Origin: a virus
Virus record (IMG/VR): IMGVR_UViG_3300045988_001845
Coordinates: 1 to 5,610 of that record
Direction: 5' to 3' (one strand)
DNA length: 5,610 bases
Shown here: positions 1-4,724 of the stretch, in pieces
Layout: each line of letters opens with the position of its first letter
Numbering within the stretch: the stretch's first letter is position 1
Position numbers and translations under genes: made by a program
The notes under the pieces: generated by a model
Databases searched by the model: none
The model's input: the letters and a program-made list of their open reading frames with translations, nothing else
Told to the model about the DNA's origin: nothing

Positions 1-77
1 AAGAAAAAAATAAACTGGAGTGGAACGGCGTATATACAGGACACACTGACACAAACCAAATTGCATATATCGGCGCT
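1..77. repeat. Terminal direct repeat, copy 1, identical to 5534-5610. This is the assembly overlap of a circular genome.
   Basis: Base-by-base comparison shows 1-77 equals 5534-5610 (77/77). The VP1 reading frame runs seamlessly through the junction: frame 1 at the window end corresponds to frame 3 at the window start. Confidence 0.95.
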
Positions 78-845
78 AACTTAGCAGAAGTAACTGGTGC
101 AACCATCAACCAGTTAAGACAGGCCATCAGCGTACAGCAGTACTATGAAGCACTGGCACGAGGCGGCAGCCGATACCGTGAACAGGTACAGGCACTGTGG
201 AACGTAGTCATCAGCGATAAAACCGTACAGGTGCCAGAATACCTTGGCGGTGGCAGATATCACGTCAATATAAACCAAATCGTGCAGACAGCGGAAAACG
301 ATAAGTCACCGCTGGGCGAAACTGGTGCAATGTCAGTGACGCCGATAAACGAAAGCTCTTTTACAAAATCTTTTGAAGAGCATGGGTTTGTAATTGGTGT
401 CTGTTGTGTGCGACACAATCGCAGTTATCAGCAGGGCTTGGAGCGTTTCTGGAGCCGAGAAGACAGACTAGACTACTATGTACCGCAGTTTGCAAACATC
501 GGTGAGCAGCCTGTAAAAAAGAAAGAAATCATGTTGACCGGCAATGCAACAGATGAAGAAACATTCGGATACCAGGAGGCTTGGGCCGATTACCGAATGA
601 AACCAAACCGCGTATCTGGATTAATGCGAAGCAATGCCACTGGCACGCTTGACTTCTGGCACTACGGAGATTATTACGAAAGTGTACCAACGCTTTCTCA
701 GGAATGGATGGCAGAAGGCAAAAAAGAGATTGCACGGACTTTGGTCGCAGAGGATGAACCACAGTTCTTCGGTGCAATCAGAGTGGCAAACAAAACAACC
801 AGACGAATGCCGCTTTACAGCGTGCCGGGTCTGTATAAACTGTAA
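1..845 (+). CDS. VP1: Major capsid protein VP1, C-terminal part, continuing from 4708-5610 across the circular junction. Codons are in phase with position 3 and the stop is TAA at 843-845.
   Basis: Frame 3 is open from the window edge, with no stop before the GTG at 231 that the ORF track used as a start. The translation [13 protein letters not shown]...[30 protein letters not shown]...[14 protein letters not shown] has the RGGSRY-type block and C-terminal region typical of Microviridae F/VP1 capsid proteins. The joined ORF is 1,671 nt, or 556 aa. Confidence 0.93.
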   Translation, partial: EKNKLEWNGVYTGHTDTNQIAYIGANLAEVTGATINQLRQAISVQQYYEALARGGSRYREQVQALWNVVISDKTVQVPEYLGGGRYHVNINQIVQTAENDKSPLGETGAMSVTPINESSFTKSFEEHGFVIGVCCVRHNRSYQQGLERFWSREDRLDYYVPQFANIGEQPVKKKEIMLTGNATDEETFGYQEAWADYRMKPNRVSGLMRSNATGTLDFWHYGDYYESVPTLSQEWMAEGKKEIARTLVAEDEPQFFGAIRVANKTTRRMPLYSVPGLYKL

Positions 846-846
846 G

Positions 847-880
847 AAAGGAGGAAGCCCGGAGAAATCCGGGCTATTTT
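847..880 (+). terminator. Shine-Dalgarno sequence followed by a GC-rich hairpin with a GAAA tetraloop and a T4 run. It is either a weak intrinsic terminator or attenuator after VP1, or a structure bridging the SD to the VP2 start.
   Basis: AAAGGAGG lies at 847-854. The stem AGCCCGGA (856-863) pairs with TCCGGGCT (868-875) as 8 perfect base pairs, with loop GAAA (864-867). ATTTT follows at 876-880, and the VP2 ATG is at 884. Confidence 0.6.
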
Positions 881-883
881 AAA

Positions 884-1771
884 ATGTCGCTATTAGGAAT
901 ATTAGGAACAATTGGAAACGTAGCCGGAACAGTTGGCACAGTAGCAAACGCAGTTGGACAAATCGGAAATGCGTTTGGTGCATGGGGTCAGACAGGACAA
1001 AGCCAAAGCCAAGGCGGAAGTACACAGCAAGGCGGTGGACAAAGCCAAAGCATGAGCAAATCTGGAACGAATGATGAACAGGTAATGCAATATCTGAAAG
1101 GCGCATACCAATATCAAAACGCCGAAGGAGCAAGACAAAGCCAGTTCAACCAGAGATCTATGCTGGAACAAATGGGTTATAACACATTGGGAGCAATCAT
1201 GCAAGGCATATATAACCACATCGAAAACGCAACGGCAATGAATTTCAACAGCACAGAAGCCATGAAAAATCGGGAATGGCAAGAACACATGTCAAACACG
1301 GCATATCAAAGAGCAGTGGAAGACATGAAAAAAGCGGGTTTAAATCCTATTCTAGCATTTCAGAACGGCGGCGCAAGCACACCGGGAGGCAGTGCAGCAA
1401 CGATCTCGGGCGCAAGCATGGGTGCACCATCGTCAAGTGCACTAGGAGTAAGCAGAGCAAGCGGCTTCGTACCTAACTCATACTCAAGTGAAAGTTGGTC
1501 GCAAAGCGACTGGTACAATGCAGCGCAAAGCTGGAATCAGATGCTTAGCAGCACAGGCATGACACCACTGGGATTACAGAAAACACTATCAGAAATCGGA
1601 GAAGGAACAGGAAGCTTAATCGACAAAACCGTTGGAGCAGGAAGAAAAGCCGCAGAAGAAGGAAAAGGAAACATAAACAAAGCCATGGACAACGTAAGAA
1701 ACGGCCATGGAATAGACAACATCACAGGCAATAGAAATAGAGCCGGTGGTGGAGCAGGAAGGAGCAAATAA
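884..1771 (+). CDS. VP2: Minor capsid / DNA pilot protein VP2 (295 aa)
   Basis: It sits immediately downstream of VP1, as in gokushoviruses. It has a Gly/Gln/Ser-rich low-complexity N-terminus and the conserved block [29 protein letters not shown], which I recognise from microvirus VP2 proteins. Confidence 0.85.
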   Translation: MSLLGILGTIGNVAGTVGTVANAVGQIGNAFGAWGQTGQSQSQGGSTQQGGGQSQSMSKSGTNDEQVMQYLKGAYQYQNAEGARQSQFNQRSMLEQMGYNTLGAIMQGIYNHIENATAMNFNSTEAMKNREWQEHMSNTAYQRAVEDMKKAGLNPILAFQNGGASTPGGSAATISGASMGAPSSSALGVSRASGFVPNSYSSESWSQSDWYNAAQSWNQMLSSTGMTPLGLQKTLSEIGEGTGSLIDKTVGAGRKAAEEGKGNINKAMDNVRNGHGIDNITGNRNRAGGGAGRSK

Positions 1772-1774
1772 AAA

Positions 1775-2794
1775 ATGAGCTGCTATAAGCCGTTAATACG
1801 GATATACAGCCCAGAAAACAAAGAAATCAGCGGGCAGGTGTATACGCTTGCCCGCTTTTCTGAAAGAATGGGCAAAAAATTAAAATATGAAGATTTGATG
1901 TATGAACCAAAAATTATGCTAATACCATGCGGGCAATGCATCGGATGCAGAATAAGACAACGCGAAGACTGGACAACGAGAATTGAACTGGAAGCACGAG
2001 ACTGGCCAAAAGAACAAGTCTGGTTTATTACGCTAACTTACGATGATGAGCACGTACCGGGAATGATTCTTAAAACAGGCGAAATCATGAGAAAAGTTCA
2101 ATACGTCTGGAAACCGGGAGAGAAAGCACCAGAAAGCGTACAAACGCTAATGTATCCCGACGTTCAAAAATTCTTAAAACGTCTCAGAAAGGCTTACAAG
2201 GACAAATTGCGCTATTTCTGTGCCGGAGAGTATGGAGAACAGACAGCAAGACCACACTATCACATGATTCTATATGGATGGGAACCGAAAGATCTGAAAC
2301 AGCTGTACAAAATCCATCACAACGGGTATTACACAAGCGAATGGATGCAAAAAATATGGGGAAATGGACAAATTCAAATAGCGCAAGCAGTACCCGAAAC
2401 ATATAGATATGTTGCAGGATACGTAACAAAAAAAATGTACGAAATTGACGGCAAAAAAGCAAACACTTACTATGAACTAGGGCAACAAAAGCCATTCGCG
2501 TGCATGTCACTCAGGCCAGGACTAGGCGATTCTTACTATCAAGAACACAAAGAAGAAATATGGAGAAAAGGCTACATTCAATGCACTAATGGAAAACGAG
2601 CACAGATACCGCGATACTATGAAAAAATGATGGAGAAAGAAAATCCAGAAAGGCTATGGAGAATCAAGCAGAACAGGCAAAAAGCCACGATCGAAGAAAA
2701 AAGACTAGCGTTGGAAAACTCAGACTATAAGACCACACTCGAAACAAAAGAGCGTGTCACCAAAAAACAAATGAAAAAACGTGGAATTTTATAG
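1775..2794 (+). CDS. VP4: Replication initiation protein VP4, an HUH rolling-circle endonuclease of the phiX174 gene A family (339 aa)
   Basis: An N-terminal Cys cluster PCGQCIGCRIRQREDW is present. The rolling-circle replication motifs are FITLTY (motif 1), RPHYHMILYG (HUH motif 2, H161/H163) and YVAGYVTKK (motif 3, paired tyrosines Y212/Y216, compare phiX174 A YVAKYVNK). AAGGAG at 1759-1764 lies 10 nt upstream of the ATG. Confidence 0.95.
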   Translation: MSCYKPLIRIYSPENKEISGQVYTLARFSERMGKKLKYEDLMYEPKIMLIPCGQCIGCRIRQREDWTTRIELEARDWPKEQVWFITLTYDDEHVPGMILKTGEIMRKVQYVWKPGEKAPESVQTLMYPDVQKFLKRLRKAYKDKLRYFCAGEYGEQTARPHYHMILYGWEPKDLKQLYKIHHNGYYTSEWMQKIWGNGQIQIAQAVPETYRYVAGYVTKKMYEIDGKKANTYYELGQQKPFACMSLRPGLGDSYYQEHKEEIWRKGYIQCTNGKRAQIPRYYEKMMEKENPERLWRIKQNRQKATIEEKRLALENSDYKTTLETKERVTKKQMKKRGIL

Positions 2795-2806
2795 TTGGTG
2801 TCACCT

Positions 2807-2838
2807 AGCCCAGTACCTATCAAGTAAGGTACTGGGCT
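2807..2838 (+). terminator. Perfect 12-bp stem-loop directly after VP4. It may be the end of the transcription unit or a structural element of an origin.
   Basis: AGCCCAGTACCT (2807-2818) is the exact reverse complement of AGGTACTGGGCT (2827-2838), with an 8-nt loop ATCAAGTA. The downstream sequence TATTCGCG has only a poor T tract, so a role as an intrinsic terminator is uncertain. Confidence 0.45.
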
Positions 2839-2842
2839 TATT

Positions 2843-2888
2843 CGCGCGCACACGCGCACGCGTAGACGCGCGCACACGCGCACGCGTA
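2843..2888. repeat. Tandem duplication of a 22-nt GC-rich alternating pyrimidine-purine element (period 24)
   Basis: CGCGCGCACACGCGCACGCGTA at 2843-2864 is repeated exactly at 2867-2888, separated by GA. Each copy is 11 consecutive Py-Pu dinucleotides (CG/CA/TA). Only G2865 breaks the alternation across the 46 nt. The block is about three-quarters G+C in an otherwise A-rich genome. Confidence 0.95.
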
Positions 2889-2928
2889 TTTATAATATTA
2901 ACTTGTTGTAGACGTAGTAGTAGAGTAT

Positions 2929-3091
2929 GTGGAAAAGTTGAAAGCAGATAAATTTGAACGTCAGAGCATTAAAAAATGGCAAAAACAAATATTAAAAGAA
3001 ATGTTAAAAACTTGTTAAATTGTTGAAACACTCTGTTATGCTAAAGTTTAACAATGTTAAAATGTTGAAAACTATGTGGAAAATGTTAAAA
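2929..3091 (+). repeat. Iteron-like array of same-orientation GTT(A/G)AAA heptamers with GTGGAAA and GTTAAAT variants
   Basis: Exact GTTGAAA or GTTAAAA occurs at 2937, 3003, 3022, 3056, 3064 and 3085. Variants are GTGGAAA at 2929 and 3076 and GTTAAAT at 3014. They fall in three clusters with 8-12 bp spacing. A longer imperfect direct repeat is TATGTGGAAAAGTTGAAAGCA (2926-2946) versus TATGTGGAAAATGTTAAAAGCA (3073-3094). Confidence 0.85.
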
Positions 3092-3104
3092 GCACCTACA
3101 GTGA

Positions 3105-3155
3105 ACCTACCGAAGTTTCAAAAGTTGCTACGCAACCCTTGAAAATTCGGTAGGT
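3105..3155 (+). other. Long imperfect hairpin of 51 nt with 21 base pairs, present in the packaged + strand
   Basis: All pairs share one axis (i+j=3260). Positions 3105-3114 pair with 3146-3155 (10 bp), followed by a G/A mismatch. Positions 3116-3121 pair with 3139-3144 (6 bp), followed by a 2x2 internal loop. Positions 3124-3128 pair with 3132-3136 (5 bp), closed by the triloop TAC. Confidence 0.85.
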
Positions 3156-3167
3156 GTATGATACAAT
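3139..3167 (+). promoter_or_regulatory. Sigma70/SigA-type promoter with an extended -10 element, driving the peptidase-to-VP4 gene block
   Basis: The -35 is TTGAAA (3139-3144). A 17-bp spacer follows, then TGaTACAAT (3159-3167), which is TGn plus a TACAAT -10. AAGGAG at 3186-3191 lies 9 nt before the ATG at 3201. No other comparably good -35/-10 pair was found in the intergenic region. Confidence 0.55.
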
Positions 3168-3200
3168 GCCAAATAGAAGAAAAGAAAGGAGCTGTAGAAC

Positions 3201-3593
3201 ATGGAAATTAAAGCATACGTGATGGAAGAACAAGGAAACGTAAAAGTAGCAGAACACTTTAGAGTAAAAGAATTTGCATGTAAAGACGGCACACCAATCG
3301 TTTTTATTGATGAGTATCTTGCAATTTTACTTGACATTGCAAGGAACGAAATTGGAAAGCCAATCACAATCACGAGTGGATATCGAACGGTTCTACACAA
3401 CGCGAAAGTAGGCGGAGCAAAATACAGCTTTCATACAAGAGGTATGGCCGCTGACATTAAAGCAGACGGCGTAAAGCCAAAAGAACTTGCAAAAGTACTA
3501 GACAGAATTGTGCCGAACAGTTGCGGCATCATCGTATACGACAACTGGGTGCATTTCGATACAAGAAACACAAAATACAGAAAGGGGGTATAA
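3201..3593 (+). CDS. Zinc D-Ala-D-Ala-carboxypeptidase-fold peptidase, family M15 (Peptidase_M15_3 / YcbK-like), a putative cell-wall hydrolase or endolysin (130 aa)
   Basis: Diagnostic motifs are FRVKEFACKDG, ITSGYR, N-x3-GG, SFH-x6-D (H78, D85) and VHFD (H118, D120), which form the H/D/H zinc triad of LAS/M15 enzymes. The protein is a single catalytic domain with no signal peptide, transmembrane segment or wall-binding domain. Confidence 0.85.
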   Translation: MEIKAYVMEEQGNVKVAEHFRVKEFACKDGTPIVFIDEYLAILLDIARNEIGKPITITSGYRTVLHNAKVGGAKYSFHTRGMAADIKADGVKPKELAKVLDRIVPNSCGIIVYDNWVHFDTRNTKYRKGV

Positions 3594-3597
3594 ACAA

Positions 3598-3720
3598 ATG
3601 GCTCTTATCAGTATCAAAGATGTAAAGCAGGCAATCCGCATCATGATGCAGATTCTGGAAAAGCTGGATGAGATCTATCATGCACTGCATGACAACATCA
3701 ACGATAAAGAAGAGGAGTAA
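3598..3720 (+). CDS. Hypothetical small acidic protein (40 aa) with a predicted amphipathic or coiled-coil helix
   Basis: The ATG lies 4 nt after the peptidase stop, with AAAGGGGG (3581-3588) 9 nt upstream. The sequence is MALISIKDVKQAIRIMMQILEKLDEIYHALHDNINDKEEE. Hydrophobic residues follow a heptad pattern (6, 9, 13, 16, 20, 23, 27, 30) and the net charge is about -4. The ORF track's 3508 start lies inside the peptidase gene and is unlikely. Confidence 0.5.
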   Translation: MALISIKDVKQAIRIMMQILEKLDEIYHALHDNINDKEEE

Positions 3721-3722
3721 CA

Positions 3723-3950
3723 ATGGTATACAAAACATGGAACGTAAGAGACCAGCCCAAAGAAACACTGGAAAGACAACTCGAAAAAAAATACAAAGAA
3801 ATTAATAGCAATTACAAATTGCTTAGAAAAGTATCAAACATTGATGATGCAAAAAAACTAATAGATGAAATTTGGCAATGCAAAAGCTTTGCCAACGACA
3901 TCGAGTTAGAGCTAATGAGAAGGGAGAGCAACAATGGCCCGACATCGTAA
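3723..3950 (+). CDS. Hypothetical protein (75 aa), charged and helical, with no motif I recognise
   Basis: The ATG lies 2 nt after the preceding stop, with GAGGAG just upstream. It is packed between neighbouring genes and overlaps the next ORF by 17 nt. Confidence 0.55.
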   Translation: MVYKTWNVRDQPKETLERQLEKKYKEINSNYKLLRKVSNIDDAKKLIDEIWQCKSFANDIELELMRRESNNGPTS

Positions 3951-4056
3951 AGCAATGCGCAGTGCAAAGGATAAGCGCATGTTTAACGTGACTGCACGAA
4001 AAACGAAAAGCATCAACTTGAGCCAAAAGCCCATGCGCGGTGGAATCCGGCTCTAA
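3934..4056 (+). CDS. Small, highly basic, putative DNA-binding/packaging protein (40 aa), analogous to gokushovirus ORF8 and phiX174 J
   Basis: This ORF is not in the ORF track. The sequence is MARHRKAMRSAKDKRMFNVTARKTKSINLSQKPMRGGIRL, with 13 Lys/Arg and 1 acidic residue. The C-terminal RGGIRL ending resembles small basic proteins I recall from gokushovirus genomes. AAGGGAGAG lies 6 nt upstream of the ATG. Confidence 0.65.
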   Translation: MARHRKAMRSAKDKRMFNVTARKTKSINLSQKPMRGGIRL

Positions 4057-4072
4057 GAGAAAGGAAAAAAAA

Positions 4073-4318
4073 ATGGTTCACAATTATTACGGTATCTACG
4101 ACAACGTAGCAAAATGCTATGCATGGGTAGGCGAGAGCAAAAATGACGGCACATTTGCACGAATGTGCAACGTGATGCAGAAGGACAAGAGCACGTTTAT
4201 CGGACAGTCCCCGACCGATTACGCGGGCTATAAGCTGGCAGAATTCGAAGACGAAAACGGTTGCTTCGTCATGGGCGATGGACAGCACAAAGTATGGGAG
4301 GGCAAACCGAATGAATAA
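4073..4318 (+). CDS. VP5: Conserved gokushovirus small non-structural protein, VP5-like (81 aa)
   Basis: The pattern YGIYDNVAKCY...ND..FAR......D.S......PTDY..YKLAEFEDENG matches the (V/I)(F/Y)D..A..Y / A.R.F / P.D(F/Y).LY.IG.(F/Y)DD.TG signature I associate with VP5/ORF5 proteins. I chose the ATG at 4073 (AAGGA plus a 7-nt spacer) over the track's 4040, which lies inside the previous ORF. Confidence 0.6.
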   Translation: MVHNYYGIYDNVAKCYAWVGESKNDGTFARMCNVMQKDKSTFIGQSPTDYAGYKLAEFEDENGCFVMGDGQHKVWEGKPNE

Positions 4319-4724
4319 GAGGTATGAAGAGGGGCGAAAACCCCTCTTTTCTGCATCAGGAGAAACACAGCGCAAACAGTACGTATGGGCAAAAGACAAA
4401 GAAGGAAAAGAATATCTACAGGAAACAGAAAGTATCGATATTCAAGCAGAAATTGAAAGCTATTCGGATGAATGTGATATTAAAAACATTGTCCGGAAAG
4501 CAAGCTTTGACCCACAGTTTATGAAGAGTCTTTCACAGGGAGCATTGGACGGAACAGAGGTAGACATTACCGAATGGCCGCAGAATATCCATGAGTATCA
4601 TCGAATGATTGCAACAGCCCAAGCAAATGCAATGATGCTACAGGAAATACAGGAAAAAGAACCGAAGGAAGAACCAAAGGAAGAACCAAAAGAAGGAGGA
4701 ATGAACGGTGAACAGAAACAATGA
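4311..4724 (+). CDS. VP3: Internal scaffolding protein VP3 (137 aa from the preferred start)
   Basis: The block IDIQAEIESYSDECDIKNIVRK...GALDGTEVDITEWPQNIHEY fits the conserved VP3 pattern (I..eIqSY.e.CDI..I...G.y.D.T.mP). GGGAGGG (4296-4302) lies 8 nt before the ATG at 4311. The track's 4278 start has no SD. The gene sits immediately before VP1, as in gokushoviruses. Confidence 0.78.
   Translation: MNKRYEEGRKPLFSASGETQRKQYVWAKDKEGKEYLQETESIDIQAEIESYSDECDIKNIVRKASFDPQFMKSLSQGALDGTEVDITEWPQNIHEYHRMIATAQANAMMLQEIQEKEPKEEPKEEPKEGGMNGEQKQ
4659..4694 (+). repeat. Three tandem 12-bp repeats (GAACCNAARGAA) encoding (EPKE)x3 at the VP3 C-terminus
   Basis: The three copies are 4659-4670, 4671-4682 and 4683-4694, differing only at synonymous positions. 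The repeat runs into the AAGGAGGA SD used by VP1. Confidence 0.85.

Noticed and set aside
1-77. The terminal 77-nt repeat as a biological LTR, DTR or insertion-sequence end
   Set aside because: It lies in the middle of the capsid coding sequence and restores a single intact ORF when collapsed, so it is a linearisation artefact of a circular assembly.
231-845. The 204-aa ORF treated as an independent gene starting at GTG 231
   Set aside because: The frame is open back to the window edge and continues from 4708-5610 across the circular junction, so this is the C-terminus of VP1.
2843-2888. The GC-rich duplicated element as a CRISPR array or a mobile-element terminal repeat
   Set aside because: There are only two copies separated by 2 nt, with no spacers, no cas genes and no transposase. 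They are direct repeats, not inverted ones.
2909-2923. A run of in-frame TAG codons (TAG ACG TAG TAG TAG) as a deliberate stop-codon barrier
   Set aside because: It is a short simple repeat (GTA/TAG) in non-coding sequence with no upstream ORF that would need termination in that frame. It is probably incidental.
2976-3142. Small ORFs in the intergenic region: 2976-3026 (MAKTNIKRNVKNLLNC) and 3038-3142 (MLKFNNVKMLKTMWKMLKAPTVNLPKFQKLLRNP, with a recurring KMLK)
   Set aside because: Neither has an SD. The peptide repeats are simply the translation of the ATGTTAAAA DNA repeat. The second ORF runs through the large hairpin and the promoter -35. They are more likely non-coding.
3105-3155. The hairpin as a tRNA or other small RNA gene
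   Set aside because: It is a single continuous stem with no cloverleaf, no conserved tRNA boxes and no dedicated promoter or terminator.
4040-4310. The track start codons ATG 4040 (92-aa form) and ATG 4278 (148-aa form)
   Set aside because: Both lie inside the preceding gene without an SD. The internal ATGs at 4073 and 4311 have well-spaced purine-rich SDs, and the conserved sequence begins after them.
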